Virus record (IMG/VR): IMGVR_UViG_3300024265_000031
Reading direction: 5' to 3' (one strand)
From: a virus
Length of the DNA: 64,000 nt
Shown here one piece after another: positions 42,132-52,274 of this stretch. Under the pieces are notes generated by a model, which was not told the origin of the DNA, did not search any database, and was given only the letters and a program-made list of their open reading frames with translations. How positions within the stretch are numbered: position 1 is the first letter of the stretch; each line of letters opens with the position of its first letter. A program made the translations under genes and the position numbers.

Positions 42132-42380
42132 TTATCTGAATAAGACAATTTTATTTTTTTTATCAACAAAGATATATACTGTTTCTTGGTGTTTTTCCAA
42201 TGTTCTGCCTAACAGTTGCCTTGATAACCAACAAGACTCCTTTTTCCATTTCATGTTTTCTTTTTTAATTTTAAGATTATCTATAATTAAGTCTTCATAT
42301 TGCTGATAATAATAAACATTATAGCCCCAAAATTCTCGTTCTATCTCTGCTTTTATTGCATCCACTATTTCTTTTTTCAT
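42132..42380 (-). CDS. Hypothetical protein (long copy of duplicated gene)
   Basis: MKKEIVDAIKAEIEREFWGYNVYYYQQYEDL...KNKIVLFR. Confidence 0.7.
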   Translation of the reverse strand: MKKEIVDAIKAEIEREFWGYNVYYYQQYEDLIIDNLKIKKENMKWKKESCWLSRQLLGRTLEKHQETVYIFVDKKNKIVLFR

Positions 42381-42858
42381 ATTTTCTCCAATAAAAATTC
42401 ATTTTATTTAATTTTTTGAATCATTAATCTGGTTGCAAGATACACTATCGGACAAGGCCATGTAAATACTAGAATAATCCATGTCCAAACTTTTAACAAT
42501 GAAGACTTGCTTTCATCATCTCTTAAAGTACAATCCCAGTATGCTGATGCAAGAGCTAAACCACATAAATAATAAAGTATATATATTATAACCACTAAGA
42601 CGCTCCCTTTCCCTTAGTATCATTAAAAATATTGGCAACATCCCATTCCCACTGTTCTTCTGGATCTCCTATTTCTTGTTCCAAGATTGTTTGTGTCCTA
42701 TGCCACATATCTATTTGTAATTCTGGTGCTGCAAAAGATGCACTTGTTTGAGCTTTTCTAAGATTCATTATGAAAACGCCATGTTCTCTTATCTTAGGAA
42801 TACATTCTATAATTTCTTCTATTATATCATAAATATTTCTATCTGTCATTTTTTCCTT

Positions 42859-43017
42859 TTATCTGAACAAAACAATTTTATTCTTTTTCATGTTTTCTTT
42901 TTTAATTTTAAGATTATCTATAACCAAATCTTCATATTGTTGATAATAATAAACATTATAACCCCAAAATTCTCGTTCTATCTCTGCTTTTATTGCATCT
43001 ATTATTTCTTTTTTCAT
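42859..43017 (-). CDS. Hypothetical protein (short 52-aa copy of duplicated gene)
   Basis: Manual translation MKKEIIDAIKAEIEREFWGYNVYYYQQYEDLVIDNLKIKKENMKKNKIVLFR; below ORF-track cutoff. Confidence 0.7.
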   Translation of the reverse strand: MKKEIIDAIKAEIEREFWGYNVYYYQQYEDLVIDNLKIKKENMKKNKIVLFR

Positions 43018-45220
43018 ATTTTCTCCAATAAAACGTTGGTTTTATCTAAATTACTACAACTGAATTTTCAATCACAAATTCAATCTCAACAAAATCTTTT
43101 CCTATTGTTACTGAAAACCCACCAGTGCTACATGCCCCAACATCTTTTTCACACAAATCAAACAACGTTTTGCAATTTTCTTTCATGTCTGATATGTTTG
43201 GCACTCCTTCAATGCCTGTCCAAGCCCAATTTAGATATTCCATAACATCTTTAACTGTTTTAAAATTAAAATTTTTCATTGCTTCATCAAATGCATTTTG
43301 TTTTTGTTCATTATTCATTATTTCTCTCCAATAAAACGCCTGTTTTATTTAAATTATTCTTGTTTCAAACTATTAATTTCTTCCTTTAAATCATCAATGG
43401 TATCAAGATATTGGGATTCACCTGATTCAAGAACTTCATAACCATAAGTCAAATCGGATAATTCCTCTTTTAGGTCTTCCACATTCTTTGTTAGTTTTTC
43501 AATAGCTTTTTCTTTATCATTTAAAAGTTGTGTTATCTCAAAATCAACAGCAAATCGTTTTCCGTTTATTTCAACCAAATATACTGTATCAACCATATTT
43601 TTACTCCAGATAAAACAAGTGTTTTATTCAAATCCCATTTTCTTATAACAATCATCACATACTATTGAACAGTCATCTGTAGTAGAATCTTCGCCAAAAT
43701 TATTCTTCATTTCAGCCACAGCTTCTTCCTCTGACCAACCTTTTTCAAATTCTCCAGAACATACTGCACACTTATACTCATTATCTTTCATAATTATCTC
43801 CAAGATAAAACTGTCATTTTATCTTTATTCTATATCCAAGTGCTTGTTCAATTTCTTCATGTGTCATTTCGTTTACTTGAAAATATTTTTCATAATCTTC
43901 CTGTGTTGCTCCACTTCTATTGATATCAATATCATCACCCCAATTTACAGGCGCAACTTGCACATCAAACTCATTGAGCATTGCTTCGCACTTAAGATCC
44001 ATGGCGTACAATAAATCATTTGCCGTTTTATAGCAATTATTCATATCAACAGCATACAATGTCATTTTATATATTTTGATTGGGTGTGTTTCTGTCATCT
44101 TTACTCCTAGATAAAACGGTTATTTTATTTAGTCACAATTCCTATTTTATATCCTAATTGATCTTCAATTTCTTGTTGAGTCATTTTTATAATTTGATGA
44201 TCTTTATCCAAAATATTTTTCCAAAGATCACTTAATGGATTCCATGTAAATCCAGTTGTTCTTGTTGGCGCATATATTTTTGTTATGTTCATTCTTTCAA
44301 CATCAACAAATTCTATGTCATTTTTGGTAAAATAATAAATTGGATTCCATCCTTCATCATTACAATCATTAGTTTGACTAAATATAGTATCTTCCCCCAT
44401 ATAGGAATTTAAAACAACCATATATATTTTTCCCCCAAACGCTTCTATCAGCATTCCGCTTTTTAAATCACTTCTTTTTATCATTTTTATCTCCTAGATA
44501 AAACAGGTATTTCATTTGCCAAAAATAAATGTAAGACCCAACATGATTAAAAATACAACAATGATAAGAGTCCCTGGATCGATTTCAAATTTTCCAAATT
44601 TCATATTTTTTCTCCTCGCTCTTCCATAATCCAATATTTTGCTTTATTTATAAATTGTCTGGCTGTTTCTGTATCTCCATGTTCCAACACTTATTGAGCA
44701 TCACTAAGGATTGACATAGCCCACAATAAATTATCATAGAACGAGCTTTGTTCTAATTGCATTTGTTTAATTGTTATACCAAACATTTCTATTTCTTGAT
44801 CTTTTTTGGATCCTGCTAACATTTGTTTTCTCCTATTTTCTTGTATATTTAAATGAAATGAACCTTTTATTTAAAGTATATATACTTGTTGTTTAATTTC
44901 TGTTATGCTTTCTACCCAACCTTCTTCTTTTAATTCTGGAACAACATTTTGAATGTTTAAACAAACGGCTGTAACATCTTGAGCAACTATAGAAACCGTC
45001 TTGTTATTGGCATATTCTTTTTTAAGTCTTATAACTACGTCATATACTTTCATTTTGCATCTCCTCATATTTTACTATATCATACTTGTTCGCTTTTATC
45101 AAATCACCACCCACTAGCCAATATTATAAGAGCACCTACCAAACAGAATAAACATCCATATTAAAGTACTATCTTCCATTTTATATCTCCTTGTATCTTA
45201 CTAAATTTTGATTTACTCAG

Positions 45221-45265
45221 TTCTCCTTCGGGATTCGAACCCAACACACCAATTCATGAGGAGAA
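45221..45265 (-). ncRNA. Anticodon-less mini-tRNA (acceptor stem plus T-arm)
   Basis: TTCTCCT-14nt-TTGGG-TTCGAAT-CCCGA-AGGAGAA. Confidence 0.55.
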
Positions 45266-45276
45266 GTATTTCTATT

Positions 45277-45305
45277 ATTGTAACATATTTGACTTATTCT
45301 GTCAA
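45277..45305 (-). promoter_or_regulatory. sigma70-type promoter directly upstream of the mini-tRNA
   Basis: TTGACA-17-TACAAT. Confidence 0.7.
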
Positions 45306-45689
45306 GCCTAAATCTACTTCGACATCTGGAACAATTGTGCTTGGTCTAAAAATAACACGATAACGGTAAATACTTTCCGTTGATGATTCAATCTGTTCCG
45401 CAAAATACGTCACGTTATCTGATAATCCAAGAAAGTGTTTCTTGTATGCTTCAGGGCCAACCTTGCAAGTTACGGTCAATTCACCATCACTGTCATAATT
45501 TCCAAGAGAACACAGTCCTTCAATTTGCAAAATATATTCGCTTGTTATCCCATTGTAAAATACGATACGGCGCGTTACTTCAAAGTTATCAGCCGCAAGC
45601 GACAGATTCCTTGATGCTACGTCTGCTGGTTGAGCGCATCCACTGAAAATCAGAACAATCAACAATACAATCCAAAGTAATCTTTTCAT
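45294..45689 (-). CDS. Predicted lipoprotein (conserved phage type)
   Basis: Signal peptide and lipobox FSGC; AADNFEVTRRIVFYNGIT. Confidence 0.7.
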   Translation of the reverse strand: MKRLLWIVLLIVLIFSGCAQPADVASRNLSLAADNFEVTRRIVFYNGITSEYILQIEGLCSLGNYDSDGELTVTCKVGPEAYKKHFLGLSDNVTYFAEQIESSTESIYRYRVIFRPSTIVPDVEVDLGLTE

Positions 45690-46729
45690 TTTTTATCCTT
45701 TTTATTTTTATAGTTTAGTCAATCTAAGTTATATCACATTTCTTATAAGCATCTCCAAATAAAATGTTGTTTTTATTTAAAAGCTGTAATGATCTGTAAA
45801 CCAAGAAATTCCTTTACCGCATATACAAATACCAGTAACCCACCCCCCAACGTGAATTAATCCACTGGCAGGAAAGAACCCTCCGATCAGACAAAATAAA
45901 AGCCCAATAAAAATAAGTATATCTGTTGCTGTTATTTTCATATCGTTTCCTTATACAATGCATTTTGAATTTCAAAAAATCCAAACGGCAAACCATTTAA
46001 TTTACCCTGCTTATCATAACTTGCTTTGGTTACATTGCCATTAATTATATGTACATCAATGTCCCAATAATCTAACCTGTTATCATTAATCATATGTCCA
46101 ATAAATGTAGGTGTTGTTTGTCTCAACGTATAAATATTTAAACAATTATAATCTCCCCCTTTTGCTAATGAAATATGTTCTAATATATACTCACATTCTT
46201 CTACTGGATTTCTTGATCTCTCTGGATAAAAAAGCTGCAATCCTTTCTTTTTTTGTTTAAATAATCCCACATCTTTTTCATTCTTCATAATTATTAAATT
46301 AATTTTCATTGTATATCTCCTGTTAGACAACCATTTTTACAATATGGATCACTATCTAAAAATTCTGTGTCATCACAATGATTTTCTTTACCACAAAAAA
46401 CACATGGCAACATTAATGGATCCTCTTCAAACATTTTTTTTACTTCTTTACTGTTACTTTCGATTAAACGTATGGTATTACTCATTACCATTGATTCTCA
46501 GATTCTACTGGAACTTTGAATGCAAGAGCAAAACTTTGCAAGCATTTCTCACACAAATCAAAGTGCCATATTTGACCATCAAATCTAGATCCATAGCCAA
46601 ACCCAATTTTTATTTCTTGCATCAAACTTACAAAATGTTCGCTTGTTACTTGCTCTATTTCCCCACAACTATTGCAAACAATTTCAGACACTTCATAAAC
46701 AGTCTTTTTAGTTTCTCTTAGGAAATCTC

Positions 46730-47410
46730 TCATGATTCCTCCAATCTTTTTTGTGCAATTTGGAACATGACTGGATCATTTTCGAGCCCCACACAATTCC
46801 TGTTATTGTCTTTTGCCCACCTTGCAGTAGTTCCTGAGCCAAGAAATGGATCAAGTATCCAATCATCTTCATCAGTAAATGGCAATAGCAATCTATCCAT
46901 AAGTTTCAATGATTTTTGCCATTGAACATTTTTGCCACTTTTGTCCTTGACTCTTTCTTTTGACATTGTATGAAAATTGCCCAAATCATAGAATACGTCA
47001 CAAGGAATTTTCAATCCAGTTCCCTTTTTATCTAATGCTGTACCTGCAGTTTTTTTGGGCACTCTAATACGATCATGATAAAACTTGTAATCTTTTCCTT
47101 TAGCCCAAATAAGAATGTCATCATGTTTTCTTGGAAAATATCGTTTAGAAACCCCTCCCCATTCCATGACATATATGGCATGATTAACAAAGTATGCTTT
47201 CAAATCATACTTGAATATCATCATATATTCACCTACAGTATGATGGTCTGTTTGCACAATAAATATACCATTTTCTTTGAGCAATTTCCAGCATATCTCT
47301 ACCCAATCAAAATTCATACTTTCATAGATACAATCTCCATAGACTAAATCAAACTGTTTATTAATCTGATTTAGCCATGTAAGATTGTCTGTGTTATGAA
47401 GTTCTATCAT
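46730..47410 (-). CDS. N4-C/N6-A DNA methyltransferase, beta class
   Basis: C-terminal LDPFLGSGTT; motif IV atypical (DCIY). Confidence 0.8.
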   Translation of the reverse strand: MIELHNTDNLTWLNQINKQFDLVYGDCIYESMNFDWVEICWKLLKENGIFIVQTDHHTVGEYMMIFKYDLKAYFVNHAIYVMEWGGVSKRYFPRKHDDILIWAKGKDYKFYHDRIRVPKKTAGTALDKKGTGLKIPCDVFYDLGNFHTMSKERVKDKSGKNVQWQKSLKLMDRLLLPFTDEDDWILDPFLGSGTTARWAKDNNRNCVGLENDPVMFQIAQKRLEES

Positions 47411-48438
47411 GCTGCCAACGCATACTCTTCTATGACTTTTACGCCACGATTCATTGCATTGGCGCGCTGACCAAAAAGGATTGAATTTTCAGGTTTCTTC
47501 CTTGTAGCTCTAGCCCAGTTTTCCATTTCGCTGACTGAATTCCAGAGATCATAACACGTATTTCCAGCAATTCCAGTTCCTTCACCATCAAACAATCTCA
47601 TTGTCAAATCAACATCTCGCTCAGACTTTACAATTGATTGTTCAACTAAATCTTCCCTGGCTGGCCTCAATTCATCTGGGTAGTATTCTGGAACTTGTGG
47701 CAATGAAGGATAGACATCAAACAATAAGTTATATGCTTCAGAACGACCTATTGAAGTTCGTTCAAACAGATTGAACAAATTCTCTGTAGCAAAAGCTTGT
47801 TGTTCTGCATTCTGTTGAACATAGTTCATCCAGATACCCAACTCTTTTGCCATCTCTTTAGAGTTATGTCTTCCTGTCCAAATCTTTCCCCTTCCCTTTT
47901 CTTTAGATTGTTCAGCTTGTGAAATAGCAGCCATCCATGTATTCTGACATACCACACGAATTGTAACTACATTTAGTTGCGCTCCCAATTTAGAATCAAA
48001 TCCAAGCGCTACAAATCCATAAGTATCAATTTGGTCGTTTTTACGTACATCAAAACTATTCAACTTCCAAGTGAGAAACATTTTTTCACCCTTTCCTAAA
48101 AATCCAAGAGTTTCTACAGGACGATTAACCTTTTCATCAAACAGATCAATGGCTGTTTCTGGCTGAAGAATCTGATATCTGTCACTGGCGAATCCCATGA
48201 CGCGTTCCTGCGGATCTTCTAGAATCGGAGAACGAACAATACAAATCTGCTCAGTCTCCCTCAGTTCACCATTGAGAAACACACTTACTGGTCTAGTGTC
48301 AAACACTACAAATCCGTTAATCTTCTCCATAGAATCCCTGCCATTTAGAGGCTCTTGGGATACATGACCTAATTCATGCCATGCTGGAGTTCTCAACCCA
48401 TAAAATCTTTCGCCTAGCACATTTCCTGACATCATCAT
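47407..48438 (-). CDS. DUF932 family phage/plasmid protein
   Basis: PAWHELG, IRVVCQNT, RH. Confidence 0.75.
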   Translation of the reverse strand: MMMSGNVLGERFYGLRTPAWHELGHVSQEPLNGRDSMEKINGFVVFDTRPVSVFLNGELRETEQICIVRSPILEDPQERVMGFASDRYQILQPETAIDLFDEKVNRPVETLGFLGKGEKMFLTWKLNSFDVRKNDQIDTYGFVALGFDSKLGAQLNVVTIRVVCQNTWMAAISQAEQSKEKGRGKIWTGRHNSKEMAKELGIWMNYVQQNAEQQAFATENLFNLFERTSIGRSEAYNLLFDVYPSLPQVPEYYPDELRPAREDLVEQSIVKSERDVDLTMRLFDGEGTGIAGNTCYDLWNSVSEMENWARATRKKPENSILFGQRANAMNRGVKVIEEYALAA

Positions 48439-48481
48439 TTTATATATCTCCTTTATTTTCTAGTCTAATTTATCTTACTTA

Positions 48482-48510
48482 ATTATATCATATTTGATTC
48501 ATTATGTCAA
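48482..48510 (-). promoter_or_regulatory. Consensus sigma70 promoter
   Basis: TTGACA-17-TATAAT. Confidence 0.8.
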
Positions 48511-48759
48511 GTCAAAATTGTTATTGTAGCTACGGATAAAATCCATGTTTTATTTGGGAAACCATGAGCCTGATTTTTCGTCTTGTTGCCAAAATCTTTT
48601 TGCAACTTCTAAGTCCCTTTTCAAGCATCTTATTTCATGAGAAATATTAACTTCATCATTAAAATTGGTGCAACAATGCAATGCACCTATAGCTTTATCA
48701 AGCCTGTTTTGTATGTCTATGGGATTGAATTTTCTATTCATTTTTCTCCTTGTTTCACT

Positions 48760-48868
48760 TAATTATCTAGTATACTAGATAATTATATAATTGTTAAGAA
48801 TCTTTTTTAATTTTGTTATTAATATTTATCTAGAATACTATATTATTATGGTTGTATCTAGTATTCTA
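48760..48868. repeat. 26-bp perfect palindrome plus two related TATCTAGwATwCTA boxes in an AT-rich gap
   Basis: TAATTATCTAGTATACTAGATAATTA at 48760-48785; related copies near 48826 and 48855. Confidence 0.7.
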
Positions 48869-50278
48869 TATTATTAAATATCATACTTTTCAAATTTTGT
48901 CAAGGGTACAAATGTTATGACTTTGCTAAATCTTTTCCACATTTACATGTACAGTTTTTAAATGTATCTAAATCAACATCTTGGGCTTTGCGTCCACATT
49001 CACATGCAATTACGGATATCGTTTTTTCTTCTTCCATGTCTCGAATGAAATATTTATACATATCATTTTTCTTGTTCCATAACTTGATCAATTTGCGAAA
49101 TGCTGTTATGTTCTTGCACCACACAGAGCCCTTTGTTATTTCTTTGTTGCGCCATAGATTTTCACATTCATAGAAAAATTGTTTATAGGGTCGCAATTCA
49201 ACTGGCACTTGCCATTCTTCGTAGAAGTGTTTAAGTTGATCAAGTTCGTCTTTTGGTTTAGTTACGTTCATAGCCTACCTCCAAATAAAATGTCTCTTTT
49301 ATTGTGGCATTATCAAAAATACACCAGTAACAACAACCAATATTATTGTGGCTATTGCCACATATATTTTATTGTAGTTGCTAATCCCATGGTCTGCCAC
49401 ATCATAATAAAAGAAGCAATGAATGGTGAAGCTATAAGCAAGCATCCTATTATAAGTCTTATCATAATTTTCTCCTTCAAATAAACATTTTTTTTATTTA
49501 ATCCATATTATCAGAAATAAGTTTGGCTCCATACGCTACTATTGCTAATACCACAAATGCTATAGCCCATCCTATCAGTATTTGCCAGCCCTTAGTAATA
49601 ATTGATATAATCATTATAATTGTAATTGGAGAGGTCGCCATTAGGATACCCATAAATAGCTTAAATTTTCTTTTATTCATGCTTACAAAGCTACCAAGAA
49701 TCAATCCAAGAATCAAACAAGAAGTCCACCCTGCCCAAAACGGTAAACCCCCAATGATAACTAAGAATATGTATAAAATTGTCCCGCAAAACATAATGAA
49801 AATTGCTTTTCCAATATTTCTTATTACTCTCATATTTTTCTCCTTCAGAAATCTTTTATTATGTTGATTTCAATATCACGATTATAAATATAAGGATCAT
49901 ACAAACAAAAGAAGAACCTAAAACAATTCTTGTTCCTTCAATATCTTTTTCTGAGTCTAGGCGCAGACCGTTGAAAAAATTGATTATTGTAATTGCAATA
50001 TTAAAAATCATCCAGCCTTTATCAAATGTATTCATACTTTCTCCTTTGATAAAACCAACCTTTTATCTAGCTTACAACACGTCTTTGAATTTCCTTTCTT
50101 TGTAGAGAAACAACATACCCACTAAGATCAAGTCTTATATCATAGGGTTTATCAAATGATGGGTTGATTTCTTCTATTGTTCCTTTAATTTCATCACCAT
50201 AGAATTTCTGCTCTGGGGTGTTGAAAAATTTAATCATTACGGTATCTCCTACATCTAGTTTTCTAGTCATATTTCTCC

Positions 50279-50307
50279 TTGACAAATTTCAAATTTTGTG
50301 GTAGAAT
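50279..50307 (+). promoter_or_regulatory. Plus-strand (antisense) sigma70-type promoter
   Basis: TTGACA-17-TAGAAT with TGTGG. Confidence 0.6.
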
Positions 50308-50997
50308 TTTTTATTTTACCAATTGGCACAGACAAATTTTGCAAAGTCGCCATGCCAAATTTGTGAGTTACCAGTGCTTTCTCGTCTACGGGGAAAATTC
50401 TTAAAATGTTGATATATGTATTCAAGTTCATTGCCTGTTGCTTTTACCCAAACTACCGTATTAACATAGTTGATTGGGTGTATATCGTTACCAAGATATT
50501 GCCTATATTCAATTAGTTCAAATTGCTGAGATGTTTTTATATATAGCATTTATTCTTCCTTTCTGGCAAATATAGTTTTTTTACATTTTGTGCATCTTAT
50601 TGTAATACTCATTAAAATTATTTCATTGCCATTAATCATACACGATCCGATTCTCCAATTATGTTTGCATAGCAATTGTTTTATCCAACTTAACATATTT
50701 TCTCCTAAATAAAATCACTGTTTTATTTGACTGCTGTGCCCCTTCCAGTCAACTTGAAATTGAACATTTGCTAATTCTAGGATAGCAGTAATGATTGTTG
50801 CGGGCACACTTGCGTTGCATAATTTGTGTGGAGCCCAATCCATTGTTGGATCGACTTCATTCAATATATCACATGTCCACTTTATTTTTTCTTCCCATAT
50901 TTTACTCCAATGAATTGTGCCTTTATTTTTATCCATTTATTGTTTCCTTTTCTTGGTGTACCAACTTTGTTGGTTAGCACACCAATAAATTTGGTTG

Positions 50998-52194
50998 TTA
51001 TCCTAAATTCATGGGCATGATAACCATTGATCGTGAGTTTTCTTCTGTTGATATTAGAATAGGGTGATTGTGTGTGTTAGCTTCAATGCATACTGTTTCT
51101 CCAACCTGAACAACTTCTTTTAGGAACTTGTATTGAAATGCAATACACCAATGTTTTACCGCATCAAGAGTTTCATCTGATTCCTTCACTCTTTTTTCAC
51201 TTGTCAATTTTACCAATACGTTTTCTAAATTGCTATTTGTAACATAGAAGCCAGTATCCACTTCGCCCATTTCTTCTGATGTTGCATTCATGTTGCATAT
51301 ATTTAAAGTATCTCCATAAAAACCCAACTTGACCACACCCGTTCCTTCTGCAGCAATAACACCAGCTTCTTCGCATGCTTCAGCAATTTCCTTGGATGAT
51401 GCATTGAATGAAAATGTGCTTTCTTTAGGGTAAATAGCCATATAGTCAGGGTAATTGCCATCAATTTCTGCCAATACTAATTCTCCACCCTGCCATGTGA
51501 ATTTGAGTTGTCCTGGCTTATGATACATTGCAATTACCCCAACAGCATGCTTGAGATTGATTGCGCTTGGGCTAATAATGGTTTTGAATTCAGGTATCAG
51601 TATGCTATGTGGGTTGGAATCAACTTTAGCAATCCTAAATCCATCCGTTGCAGCTAACGTAACAGAATCCGATTCCATATTGGTAGTCAGAAGAACGCCC
51701 ATTAATACAGGTCGCGCTTCATCAGTACTAGCAACAGACTGAACATACTTGTAATCATTAAGAAATACTTCATTGTCAAAACTGGCTATGAGATCGTCAA
51801 ATTCTCCCATAGGTGGAAATTCGTCTGAATGAAGACCCTTTAGTGTATAGGTTGCTTTTCCTGCCTGTAGAGTAAGGTTGTACTCTGTTCTAGTGTATGT
51901 ATCTTCTCCTTCTCCATGTTTAGTTGTTTTTTCTTTATACCCAAATTTAACATCTTTTGCCTTGACTTTGCCAATCAATTTTTTCAGATTCACATAATCA
52001 ACACACACAGAAAATTCTTGATCTGTGGGATTATCAATCCACAACTTGAAATATGCTTCAAGATTGCTGGTTGTCAACGTAGTTGATTCTGGCGACACTT
52101 CAATCAGAACATGTGCCAGAACTGGCAATGTTGCTCTTTTGGAAACCGTACCGTTCAATTTTGTTAAAGCTTTCTTTAGTTCTGCAGTTTTCAT
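50998..52194 (-). CDS. dnaN: DNA polymerase III beta sliding clamp
   Basis: TLPVLAHVL, DEFP, STDEARPVLMGV, ATDGFRIA, GNYPDY, C-terminal MPM. Confidence 0.88.
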   Translation of the reverse strand: MKTAELKKALTKLNGTVSKRATLPVLAHVLIEVSPESTTLTTSNLEAYFKLWIDNPTDQEFSVCVDYVNLKKLIGKVKAKDVKFGYKEKTTKHGEGEDTYTRTEYNLTLQAGKATYTLKGLHSDEFPPMGEFDDLIASFDNEVFLNDYKYVQSVASTDEARPVLMGVLLTTNMESDSVTLAATDGFRIAKVDSNPHSILIPEFKTIISPSAINLKHAVGVIAMYHKPGQLKFTWQGGELVLAEIDGNYPDYMAIYPKESTFSFNASSKEIAEACEEAGVIAAEGTGVVKLGFYGDTLNICNMNATSEEMGEVDTGFYVTNSNLENVLVKLTSEKRVKESDETLDAVKHWCIAFQYKFLKEVVQVGETVCIEANTHNHPILISTEENSRSMVIMPMNLG

Positions 52195-52245
52195 TTGTTA
52201 TCTCCTAGTATAGTTTAAATAAAAGTGTTATTTTATCTTACCTTA

Positions 52246-52274
52246 ATTATAGCACATTTGACTGTGATTGTCAA
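52246..52274 (-). promoter_or_regulatory. Consensus sigma70 promoter for dnaN
   Basis: TTGACA-17-TATAAT. Confidence 0.8.

Noticed and set aside
50998-52194. Host assignment from DnaN (impression of Chloroflexi-like motifs)
   Set aside because: Cannot be supported without a database search
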